From a virus (Duplodnaviria > Heunggongvirae > Uroviricota > Caudoviricetes): a stretch of DNA of 64,000 nucleotides. This document shows positions 1 through 12,000 of this stretch, one piece after another; within the stretch, counting starts at the first letter, position 1, and every line of letters starts with the position of its first letter. The position numbers and the translations under genes are program-made. The DNA lies in the IMG/VR virus record IMGVR_UViG_3300014024_000069, positions 59,159 through 123,158 of that record, one strand, 5' to 3'. The notes beneath the pieces are model-generated. The model saw only the letters and a list, made by a program, of their open reading frames with translations, searched no databases and was not told the DNA's origin.

Positions 1-1048
1 ATAACCGACCAGGCACGCCCACCACACGGGCGGCACCGCAAAACAACCACCCCGAGCACCCAACACGAATGCGCTGAAATGGCATGGCACCCCCGCCGGA
101 ACCCATCACGTAAACAGGCCCCACCTGCAGGGCATGAACCCCGCAATCACCACACACGGCAATTCCTTCAAGACGCACCACCAGAGCATCCAGACGAAAC
201 ACAAAAAGAACCACCCCCGCCAGGGCGCGCCGGGACTGCAGAGACAATAGACGCGACACAGCGCCCCGGTATTGCGGTGAAAACGCATCCGCACCGATAA
301 ACAGGGTTGCCGCTCACCCCGCCACATGCTGGCGCCGCGTAAGAACCAGGCACAACAGAAGCGGCAAAGCTCCCCTGTGCCGCTCACACGCACCTTTACC
401 GGCATGCCCCTTTTTGCCAACTACCGCAGCAAAACCGACTATCCCGCACCTCCCCGCCATCCACAGCTACAGACACCATACCCGGCGCGCCACGGTTTGG
501 ACTTCCCGCAAGTACTGCCCCTCTTCACTCCACCACACGCAGAAAGCACACATGGTGGGCATTCATGGCGGCTTGCCTACCTTCTGCTTTTTACACGTGG
601 CCACGGTGGGGAAGGTTATCAACGTGCCGCCAACCACCCCAAAACAAACAGCATCCTACCGCCCCCGCCCTTCCTTCTTTCCGCCGTTGATTCATTCCAC
701 AAACCCCGATTTGCCAAACCAATAGACAAAGTGTATTATGGAAATATCACACTAGCTTTTATGTGATCAACAACCCCTCTGGTGAACAGCCCCACCAGGG
801 GGTCTTTTCGTGTAGCACCAACCAGAACCCGAAAGCATACTGTCAACCCCACGAAACCCTGCAGGGAAGCCTTTTCGACAACCCATTAGGACACGCGGCG
901 CAGGCATGCCCCCGTATCGCAGCATAAGAGCCTCAAGGTACCCCACCCCCACACCACACACGACACCCGCCGCTTCTTGTGCCCACGCACCACCCAATAA
1001 GGAACAAAGGAAGCGCACTATTCTTCTCCGCGACACGCAGACAAAAAA

Positions 1049-1070
1049 GGGGTGAGGGGGCGAAAGCCCC
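1049..1070 (+). repeat. GGGGTGAGGGGGCG-AAA-GCCCC hairpin motif, copy 1 of 5 (others at 2991..3013, 4616..4640, 5523..5544, 5627..5648)
   Basis: Each copy has GGGG(T/C)(G/A)(A/C)GGGGCG followed by a GNRA-like tetraloop (GAAA, GCTA, GACA, GCAA) and GCCCC. Three copies are preceded by CAAAA(A)G. Confidence 0.7.
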
Positions 1071-4000
1071 ATATGGTCGCACACACCAACACTTATCGAC
1101 GAACCCGACATGCCCCCCAGATCGCAGGTAAAACAAGAAGAACCCGCACTGAGGAAACAAAACGAACCCCGTCGCGCCCATCACGCCACCAGCCGCCGAT
1201 AACCGAACCATGCAGCGCCGGGCACCATACAGCCCACCGTCTCCCACGGTTACTGGGTCTTCCTTCCTTCACACGCCTGTCGTATGTGAAAAATGCCACA
1301 GCACGGACTGTGAGAAATGACGGGCACCGCCGACCACAGCAAAGCCACGACACCCCAACCTTTCCCAATACGTGAATACTGCAGCGACCCCCGACCCTCT
1401 TTTAGTTTTCCCGACGAAATCCCGTTAAGCGCAAGCGCCTGACTTCCCGACGACCCCGGCGCGCACGGACATCACCCGCACCAGCACACACCACACAGAT
1501 GAGACCATCGCCGTCAATGATTCAGGTAGGGCGACCAACCAGCAAAACACTATCGGCATGTGCGCCGCAGCCCCCCTATGCGCCTATGCGGGCACACCCC
1601 TGTGGGCTAGAGAATATTTTTGCAGAACCTGTGCACAAATTCTCTTTTTGCGAACAGACCCGAAAGCCGTCACCGCGCATTAACGCCGTAACCCCACCCC
1701 TACGAAACAGGGTGGAAAAAGCGGCGAGACACAGCCACCCATAACGTGACCATGCCCGCCGCCTCCCATACAGCCCAGATCCCTAATGTCCTCCCATTAT
1801 GGAACTCAATTAGTCAGGCCACACAAGTCTTACTTTTTCATGACCTTCTCACTAAGGAAACGAGCCTCATCCTCAGGGACAGTCAACACATCCCGCGCCG
1901 CGTCCCTATGTTTTTCATACTCACTCCACGTGAGCATTGAAGACACGCACAGGGATGCGGTACCCGCAAACCCTAGTACAACAATAGTAATCACCATTGC
2001 TGTTGCTGCACCGCCGTTAAGTAAGAAAAATAAGCCTGCCCCCGCAATAAGCGCACAAAGATTGCACTTAATCTCCGAGGAAATGTAAGAAAACTTCTTA
2101 TCCCGAGCAATCGCCTTATGCTTGTCGGCAAGCGCAAGGCGTGCGTCAATATCTTTGTGATTTTTAAATTCGTTCATGTTTATCCTACCTACATATCCTA
2201 ACTGGAACGCTCTCCACGCTAGGGGTGATTTATTTCCTTTTATTTAACAAAAACTCCACCGCGTACGGGAATGCCTTCCTCGCGGTACGCCCGCCATTTA
2301 CTGCGGGCCTGATTCCTACTTAAGCGACCACCACCGCCAAGCAACCGCTTCGTCGTCAATCCTGCTTGCCTCTTTATATGAGGAGGAAAGCAAAATCTCC
2401 TCAGACGCTTTGCTATGCATCCTTTTCGTGAGGTACTTCCCAGTAGCGAAAATGGTGAAGCAGCTACCAATCAGAACAGCAACGACACCCAAAGCCACCA
2501 CACTTAAATACTCGTCTTTCCATGCTCGGTAAGCAATGTTTTCACCAAACGAAATGATGAAAGCGCCTAACAAATACAGCATGACGGCACCTTTGCCGCG
2601 CAGACAAGCCAAACGCTCATGCTTTTCTGCGAGCCGCATAATTCTGCTTTCGTCCATTTCCTCCACAGTAGGAGATGAGTAGGAGTGCACAACGATGGGA
2701 AGATGAGATGTGGTGAATTGGTTGTAGTAGTTCATGCCTTAAATTATATATTTCCCCACAAGCCACCTCAACTAAATACCCCCACTGTTCACCCCTCTAT
2801 AGTGGAAGCGTCAACAAGGGATAGGCACACCGCCCACGCGCATTCTCCCCACCCCAACAAGCGACCACGCAAACCAACACTATTCACCAAACCAACCCCG
2901 CACTCACCATGAAAAACCATAAAGAAAAACAGGCAGACACCCCACAAGAAACCCCACCCCGTCACAAGACCACACAAACGCAAAAAAGAAGAGGGGCGAG
3001 GGGCGACATCCCCAGGAAGCAGGGAGCCAGGGGCAGAAGACAAAACACCGCCGTAAACCCCATGCCTCGCCGGGCCTGCAGTACACACCACATCCAGCGA
3101 ACAGATCCCCCCCCACCGCATCGTCACGAACCCCAGTATGCCGCCCGCCTTTGCGAAAACGCCGGTGTCGCACAAAGCAAGAAACCCAAACCACACCCAC
3201 AGGGGCACGCAGGTTCTCATGACAAAAATACCGACCCACTACCACACCGGCACCTGCCTGACGAGAAACAGTAACTGTACTCGCGCGGCCAACTATACGC
3301 GCCACCCGCATCAGTCTGCGAAATACGGCACCAACGAGAAGAAACACCAAAAACCCGTCTTGACTTCACGATATCGCCCTACCTCATCACAACCCGGCGC
3401 GCCAGGCCATGCATAGGAGCAATCGCCGTGGACAGGAAGCGACACACGGGCACATCACGCGCCAAAGGTACTTATCGACGCTCCCGCTAATCAGCGCCTG
3501 ATACTACTTCCCCGAAACCCCTCAACCGTGAATCATGCTGGAAACCCCATCAGGCATGTCTGCTTGTCCCCTACCCCGTTCACGTACCCCACAACGACAC
3601 GACCTCATCCATCCTGCGCGTGGTGTGCTGGTGACGTATGACGTAAATACGAGGGCATTCCCCTTTTTGCCGCAGGGTACCAGGAACCCCAGTCAGATAA
3701 AACCCTAAAGGAAACACCACATGGGGCACACGCCACCGCAGTATCATCAGAGGGGTGCCACTTAGGGGGCGCCTGTTCTCTCACGCGGTCAAGGTGCGAG
3801 AACCGCAAAAGAAAGTCGAATACACGTGGTTCCGCGCCAATAGTAGTGGATCTAATCTCCGCCCCCGCAGCTACTTGCCCCCTTCCGCTTGCCGCCGCGC
3901 CAGCAGATTCCACCCCCGCCTACGAACTAGCGCTTCCCTGGACAGGGCCTACATTCCTCCTTGCCCGCGTCTACCCATGCCTCACCGGCAAACGTGAACC

Positions 4001-7000
4001 ACAACAGCACCCCCCAACCCAGCGAACCCGCATAGCGACACCAACGCCGAGTGCAACACAATCACCCCACGCACCTCATCAAAAAGAAAAAGCCGCCGCA
4101 AGCCAGACACACCCCCGACGCGGCAGCCTCACACAAGCAACCTCTTCTAGATTTTCCCCACTAGCTCTCGCTCATCAATATAGTCAAGCCCATCCAGAAA
4201 CTCCCCCACGGTACGCGCAGCATCACCAGACGGTCCCCGCCACCGCTTATCGACGCTCCCGCGAAAAGGTGACCACACGCCGCAACCGCACACCTCCAAC
4301 AATGAAGCTCCAACACCACCGGCACACCCAGAGCATAATCCCGAGAACCCCACATTTCACATGTAGGACTAATCCGATTTCACGCCCTGCCTTCGTACCA
4401 GAAGAACCAGGAAACGACGAACACCACCACATACAAATGAAAAACAATGAGAAAAATCACACAACAACCCACACAGGAAAAGCGCTCCACCAAATTGTTA
4501 ACCCATCCCGCATCGCTCAGCTGTGTCGCCGCATGAACCACCACGGCAACCCAAAGAATACAAAGGAGACTTAAGAGAACACCAACACCACGGGGGCGGC
4601 GCCGTCACCATTTCAGGGGGGTGAGGGGCGCTAGCCCCCCAGCAAGAAACACCAGCGCCCCCAGTCCCGCCCCAACCACTAGCTGTCAACCAAGGAAAGC
4701 GCCCCACCTCCACAGCCCCTTGCCGCCGAGGGCAAAATCCACCCACGATGATTGCCGCAAGAACCCGCGCCGGGCACGTACGAAACCAGCGCAACCACAC
4801 TAGCGTGAGAGATTTTTGAGTGCACTGAACCCACGCCGACGTCAAAGCCACCCAAACACCCCGTCATATGACACACGGGCTTTCCTCAACACCAGCAACA
4901 AGGTTGCTGGCATAGCTGCGTTAGATAACCGCCGCGCATCACAGGGAGGCACCAGAGATCCCGCTAGACCCCAGATGTATGAACAGGGGCAAGGATTGAT
5001 GCGGAACACAGCCCCGTGACATCAGCGCCAACCCCGCCACCCATCATCCGAGAACAGTCTCCCACTTCACCACGCCAGTACCGTGTTGGCAGTGCCCTGA
5101 ACCACACGCACGCCAACGCCCCAACAAGACTCCCAATGGAGAAAAACACGATGCCCGTACAGCAACCCAGGGCACAACAACACCACCCGCCCACTACAAA
5201 TCCACACAAATCACCGCGCAGAAATGAAACCCAAAAAGAACACAACCGCAAGAAACCCCATATAGAACCCCAATCAACCACCGCTGGCACCCATGAGCGC
5301 CACAGAGACACAAAACACACGGGGGCGCGGCACAAACACCAGAACCAGGTAGGCGTTGGCGCGCAGGCAAAGACAAAAGGAAGAGAAACGATGCGGGCAA
5401 GGCGGGCGGGGCGCTCACTTGTTCCCGGCGCGACCCGTGCTGCTTATCGACGAGAACAGAAGAACCCCATGTGCCGCTGAACATCAACCGCCACTAGTGG
5501 GCACCCTTGGACTGCTTCAACTGGGGTGAGGGGCGACAGCCCCCTTATCTCCAACGCACACAAACCGGCATCCTCAGCACGGACCATACCCCCACGGGCG
5601 CGCCGCCGCCCGCCGACCAAAAGCAAGGGGGCACGGGGCGCAAGCCCCGCACAAGCACAACGCGACCAAACCAACCAAAACACAACACCCCCTTGGACGA
5701 ACACACCTAGCCCCACCCTCCCCAGCACACCCACTCCCCGCACATCACCACACAACCCCAAAAAACCACCCTCACAGCTCTTCTCCCTACACAACAACAC
5801 TCCCATAAGGAAAACCCCACGGGACACCCCAAAAGAACCGCCACAAGCCCCCAGGCCCAGGCATTCACCCGCCATGAGCCACCACAGCCCAAACCCACAG
5901 TGACACACAGACAAACCCGCCACAAAAGGGGGACAGTAACCCCCGCACAGAAACCCAAAGGAATCCCCAATAGTCACCCCACCTGCCGTACCCACACCCC
6001 CAGCCACAAACCACCCCGCACTAAAACTGTATGCAACCACCCCAAGCACCGCACCGAAACCCCCGCACAGCAACCACCACCCCACCCCTACTCGTGCTCA
6101 ACAACCGTAACCACCAGGAGGAAACCCTAATAGTGAAAACCAACAGTAACCCCCACAAAACCCAACCCCGCACAGAAACCCACAGACAATAGTAAACAAT
6201 CCCAACAACCCCCCCACTCAATGAGGACACACCCTCAAACCACCCCTATCAACACCAGCCACGGCACACCCTCACCCCAAACACCCAGTAACCAGCCCAC
6301 ATCCCTACACCACCCCCATAGCACCACAGAACAAGGCCCGGCGCGACAACACCAGCAATACCACCCACAGGCATAATCCCTGTTAGAAAAACCCAATTAG
6401 AACAACCTACGGACACCCCCTTTACCCTGCCCCTCACTCCCCTACATCAGGACACACCACAAGACCCTCAGCACAGGCACCCCTCAGTCACAGACAAAAC
6501 ACCACCAAGAAAAATCCCTACTAGGACATCTTCTAGAAAAACCAAAAGAAACCCCCTACACCCCTTCATCCCTCCCCACCAAAGAACAACCCAAAAAGAA
6601 ACACACAAAGAAAACACCCCCAGAAACAACAAAAAGACCAAAACCCCCAACAACCACACACACAAACCAACAAACAACTCGCAGGCACCCCACCCACCAA
6701 GCCCCACCATACACACAAGCCGAGGGGGAGAGCAGCAAAGCAAACTCCCCCACGAGGGTGACAAGACGAAGCCTACAAGCAAATTTGCACAGCAAAAAGC
6801 GAAGAAGACAAGACGCAGACACCTAGACAAAACACAGACAACGAACCAACAACACCCCAAAGGGCGTGGCAGTTGGGAGAGCATCTGAGTTTTGACTACT
6901 TGCGTGAATGGTGGGGCGCAACCACGTGACCACACCAGCGCCCCGACCCGAAAACAGAATATATGCACCATAATGCATGTATTGTGTTTGAGGGGAGGGG

Positions 7001-7120
7001 TTGTGGTTGTGTCCGATTTTTACTGTTTTTTGTTTGGAATCCCACATATGTCTAATCAGGGCACTGTTCTAAGATTGCACCCGGACTGCAAAAATATTAG
7101 GTGGAAACCCTTGAATTAAG

Positions 7121-7159
7121 GGTGTTTTCCCGTGTTTCTGGAGACTGGACTATCACTTA
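7121..7159. repeat. Left arm of a 38/39-bp inverted repeat (partner at 7443..7481) flanking a ~280-bp AC-rich segment
   Basis: ggtgttttcccgtgtttctggagactggactatcactta is the reverse complement of taagtgatagtccagtctccagaaacacggggaaacact (1 indel). Confidence 0.85.
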
Positions 7160-7442
7160 ACGGGAAAACCGTCGCAAAAACATCAAACAATTAACGATGC
7201 GTACACCCGTGAAACACACACCCCGCACACAAAAACCAACAACTCTGCGCAACAAAACCACACAAACAAAAACCAAAACACAAAAGTGAGCGCAGCAATG
7301 CGACAGATCAAGGCGATCACTCATACGACAGCGGCCGACACCCAAACAGGCAAAGACCTCTATTCGTTAGTGTCAGAAACGCAAAACCAGCGGCACAACA
7401 ACCCCAAGCCACACAGCAACAAAACCCCAGGTCGCAAAAAAT

Positions 7443-7481
7443 AAGTGATAGTCCAGTCTCCAGAAACACGGGGAAACACTT
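7443..7481. repeat. Right arm of the inverted repeat
   Basis: See the left arm. Confidence 0.85.
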
Positions 7482-8293
7482 CTCAACCACACCCCACGGC
7501 AGCACCACCAACAAGCGAGGGCATCATCACCAAAAGACCAACCCTTACGCAAGAACAAAACCCAAAGACACACAGCAACACGCCCCACATCTTGATAAGG
7601 CGACGGACGTCAGAAAACACATGCTCCGTATCCGATGGATACAACCGCACGCCTATTGCGACCCCCAAAAAGATAACCCCCTACAGTTATCCGAACACCC
7701 CTGACGAGCAGAACATAGTACGCGGACCTCGAACCAGAACCCCACGCAAAACCATCACGTGCCCAGCGCGCCGGGCACTCACAGGCAAGAGAACGACCGC
7801 ACGTCAACTATGCGAACTGTCCTTATACGCAACAGACCACACAACGACACCGAAACCACAAATGCAACATACCCCCATGAAAGGCCGATCACGCCACACC
7901 CACAATAGGCGTACCCGCTCGCCAGCACGTGCGTGCATAATGAAACCCCCACCTGCTCCACATAAAGTAAAACAAGCGGGGGTGATTCACTCCACTCAGA
8001 AAAAGATGGGTTCCTAAAACCCAAAACAAAGAATAACACACAGTAAGCAAGAAAGCGAAACGACACACAAGCACTAATCCAAACGCCCGTGCCACCCCAC
8101 TACAAGTCAAGACCCCAACAGGAGCTAATAGCCCACCCTCTTACTTGCTCCCACAAGGGATCATTGGAAATACACCCCTCAGAAACTCCGCCAGCATTTC
8201 ACCTAGATAACCCACCCCAACCACACACCACCCCGCCGCAAGTTTTCAAAGACGACACCCCATGTGGTACACTATGACCATGCACATGCGCAT

Positions 8294-8378
8294 GGAAGTG
8301 TGGCAGAGCGGACTATTGCACCTGTCTTGAAAACAGGAGTGTCGAGAGGCACCGTGGGTTCAAATCCCACCACTTCCG
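8294..8378 (+). tRNA. tRNA-Ser (anticodon TGA), type II with long variable arm; no encoded CCA
   Basis: Cloverleaf read directly: acceptor GGAAGTG/CACTTCC, D-stem GCA/TGC, anticodon stem CCTGT/ACAGG with loop CTTGAAA, long variable arm AGTGTCGAGAGGCACC, T-arm GTGGG-TTCAAAT-CCCAC, discriminator G. Confidence 0.8.
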
Positions 8379-8636
8379 CAAAACAACCACCATCACCCCT
8401 TGCAGGGAACACTGATGGTGGTTTTCCTTATGAACACACCCACAATGCAACCCTTGCGAGCATCCTTGCCTCCAACACTATTCCTAAACATGGGCTGGTT
8501 CAAGAAGACCAGCCACACCCCCACCCACACTCTGGTTGCCCTGGTTGTCTCCGCCACGAAACCCGCACAAGAAAACCCTGCGACACACCCCGCATGTGTT
8601 TTGACCAGCGCCCCGAAACGCAATAAAATACACTAC

Positions 8637-8900
8637 ATGGAAAAACAACTAGAACAACCCTCCGAACAACTGCGCGACGTGGCATCCAGCAACCACAACT
8701 ATGTTGTGTCGCTGCACCAACAGCTTGTCGAGCACCGCAAGCAACACGGCCCGTCGATGGAGGAAATGGAAGAGCGCACAGGATGGAGCGTCGAAAAGCT
8801 GGAAAACTTTGAACGCTACGACGCTAACCCCACCCTCAACGATATTGCGCGGTACGCCACCGCCCTAGAGGTGCGCATCCAAGACATACACAAACCGTAG
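8637..8900 (+). CDS. XRE-family (Cro/C1-type) helix-turn-helix transcriptional regulator, ~87 aa
   Basis: C-terminal part of the 8400..8900 ORF from the internal ATG: LVEHRKQHGPSMEEMEERTGWSVEKLENFERYDANPTLNDIARYATALEV is a canonical XRE HTH. The upstream part of that ORF is P/T-rich compositional read-through. Confidence 0.6.
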   Translation: MEKQLEQPSEQLRDVASSNHNYVVSLHQQLVEHRKQHGPSMEEMEERTGWSVEKLENFERYDANPTLNDIARYATALEVRIQDIHKP

Positions 8901-9079
8901 TCAACGCGGACAGCAATGAATCAATATTCCTCACACAACAACACGGCTAGTGCGCTTACTTAACCGCCAAACCCTTTTTCATGAAGCCCGCCCTGACAAC
9001 ACAGAGCACAAAAACTTAACACTCGCTTAGACACACGTAAACAGCTACAAGACAAAAACCGGCAAAGGAGAAACAAAAC

Positions 9080-12000
9080 ATGTCACATGAAACAATTGAA
9101 CAACTCATCAAGACCGACAAGATTCACCCACCAAAAAGAATCAAGCACCCCGATCATGTACATGACTTCCCCGCAATATGGGGGATGCTCACCAGGAACG
9201 TTGCCGACAACAGGAAAGAGTCAACAGTCAACCACCTAGTGGCACTCACTAGCTGGCTATCAGAAATTGAGGTGGCAAAAACAAAAGCCACCACACCAAA
9301 CACCATCACCAAAACAGAAACGAAAGCAGGCAAGCCCCACACCGCACAGGAGGCATGGGGCGCTGAAACCGAAATTAAGCTAAGCAACGAGGAAGCCCTA
9401 GACAAAGACACCTACCTTCTCACCACCAAAGGATGGGTGAAAATCACCGACATTACCCACAACAGTGAAATTGCCCAATACCACCCTGGCACCCAAACAA
9501 TCAGCTTCACCAAACCACAACAAGTAACCCAGTTTGAGGCTGAATACCGATACAAATTCACCAACACGCAAACCGGTGTGGTGCAAATCGTGTCACCCAA
9601 CCACCGCATGTACTTTGAACGCCTAAACCCCGACACCGGCATGTGGGAAGACCGAGTATGTCTTGCCCACGCATACGAGTCGGAGGTCAAGAAAGGCGAA
9701 ACACGTCTCCGTGTTGCCGCACCCACCCGCATCACCAGAAGGCGCATGACAGACGCGGAAAAACTCGCACTCGTCATGCAGCTACTCCCCATCCATTACA
9801 GTGATGGTGAATACACCATTGAATGCGGATTCGGAAACGTCGAAACCGTCCAAGAATACGCCCGCGCCGCCGGAGTGACCGTCAAATCCACCACCAACTA
9901 CAACGACGACCGCTACAGCGTCACCCTCGCACCCAGCCGTGAAATCAGCAAACAGCTACACCCCGTGTTCCGGGGATACCGGCAAGAAAACGGCAACCAC
10001 TACGCACACGACTACATGAACGTAGTACTATCCGTTTCCGACATCTCCTGCCTACCAGGGCACCACTACCGCATAAACGTGCCCCTCGCCAAAACCATCC
10101 AAGAGGCAGCGTTCGCCGCCGGGTACAAAACAACCCGCACCGGCAACACTATTGACATTTCCATCACAAGCGCCACCACGCCCGCCAGCACCGATCTTGT
10201 GGTAGAGAAACTAGACGGTGAAACAACCTACTGCGTCACCGTCCCCACAACATTCATCGTCACCAAACACCAGCAATCAACAACCCCCGTCATCACAGGC
10301 AACTGCCTTACCCGTGAACACGTCGCAGACAGTCTTGACGCATCCCACAACCCAGGGTGGGGCGACAGCGGCGAAATCATGAACGAACTAGCCCACGAAA
10401 TCAACTGCTGCCTACCCGACAACCTGGAAAACCAACTAGACGGCATCGTCAGCGGTGTTTTAAGCCACGTTATTTACGAACCACACATGGCGAACATCAC
10501 CTACGACCCCTCTGTTCATGACACGCAATCAATAAGGTCACTGCACTATGGGCGCATGGTGAATAAAACCAAACCAAACAGTAACCAGTGCATCTGGGGA
10601 AACACCCTCATCCTCACAAACAAAGGCTACATCCGCGCCAACGAAATCAACAACGATAACAGCATTGAAATAGCGTGCTACAACCCAAACACACAACAAA
10701 TCACCCACGACTCAGTGTTCAGCATCATTGGTGGCAGCACCCTGCCCGCAGGCATGGTCAACACCATCAAAACAAGCCCACAACAACTATTCCACGTAGC
10801 AACAACCCACGGACCCCGCAACCTCACCGCACTGGAAATCTCACAAGAAAAAACCACCTTCTGGAACCACGCACCCAGCATCCTGGAAAACAAACCCTTC
10901 AAAACCTCCAACGAAGGAACCAGCATGCCCCACTACGCAACCGGGCTTCTGGTGACACTACTCAACGAAGCCGGATTCCCCACCGAAGAGAAACCAGAAA
11001 AAGAAAACCACATCAAATACAACACCTTCCGCATGCCAGACGAACTCGCGGAAGAAATCATCAAAGGAAAATACTCAAAAACCCTCAAACAAGCACGCAT
11101 CAACGAATACCGATACCTCGTCATTGATGCCGAAAAACTCCCCACCATCAACATCCACGCAATCGCCGCAAACCTTAACGAAAAACAACTAGAAAAACTC
11201 TACGACTTTGCGGTAACAATCACCCAAAAAATCTACGGGGCAAACGCACTCACCCACTCCGAAACCCTGAAACAACTCAAACAAGCAGTAAAGGAAAAAA
11301 CACTCACACAACCAGAAACACAATACACAGAAGAAGACGCAAAAATACTTGCCGTATACAGTGAGGAATACGGTGAGAAATTCTGGCTGGAACAACCCGA
11401 ACACACCCGCAGCATGTGCAGCATCATGACACCAACCGGCTACTACATCGCCCGGTCACGAAACGAACAAAAATCAACCCCCGTCATCATGCGCTGCGAC
11501 AACGCCAACCAAGAATACGACGACACCATCAAACAACTACGACAAGCCCTCACCCCCGAACAGAAAAGCGACTTCATCAAAGCCGTGAACAACCTCGCCC
11601 AACACCACATCAACATCACCCCCTGCCTCTACCCCGGAAAAGGAAAGAATTTCATAAAACTAACCCAAACAACTATCATTGAACAAGTACACAGCCTCGC
11701 AACCTGCGTGGGCGCACCAATCCACACACTCCAAATACCAACACAAAAGAAAGGAGAAATCATGACAACCAAACAAGACAAAAACCTGCCCTACAGGGCA
11801 ATCAACCTGGGTGACGACAGACACTACCTCACATACAGCACCTCCCCGCAAACCACTGTGGAGCTACTGAGGGTCAACACGCCTGACAAGAAAACCAATA
11901 AGACAAAATACGCCAAACGCGCTGCCCTACTCGCAGCCCCTGCAGTTGGAACCTTCTCAGGACTAATCCTCCACTCCGCCGTAGGAATCCCACTCAGCGC

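Noticed and set aside
7720-7760. Sequence ggacctcgaacc resembling the reverse complement of a tRNA T-arm
   Set aside because: No acceptor stem or anticodon arm could be built around it.
326-8017. Long + strand ORFs in the AC-rich tract (326..766, 3846..4574, 5016..5480, 5526..5903, 7445..8017), which translate to Pro/Thr/His/Gln/Lys-rich proteins
   Set aside because: Their composition is exactly what CCN, ACN, CAN and AAN-rich DNA yields. Stop codons need T and G, which are depleted, so long ORFs arise by chance. There are no SDs and no domain-like motifs, and the ORFs overlap one another in different frames.
106-8110. Minus-strand ORFs in the same tract (e.g. 2904..3350, 5444..6085, 6468..6971), which translate to Gly/Val/Trp/Cys/Phe-rich proteins
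   Set aside because: They are the mirror-image compositional artefact. G+T-rich coding strands are the opposite of every convincing gene in the window. They are noted only because CCCGGCGCGCC motifs sit upstream of some of them, which may instead mark non-coding transcripts.
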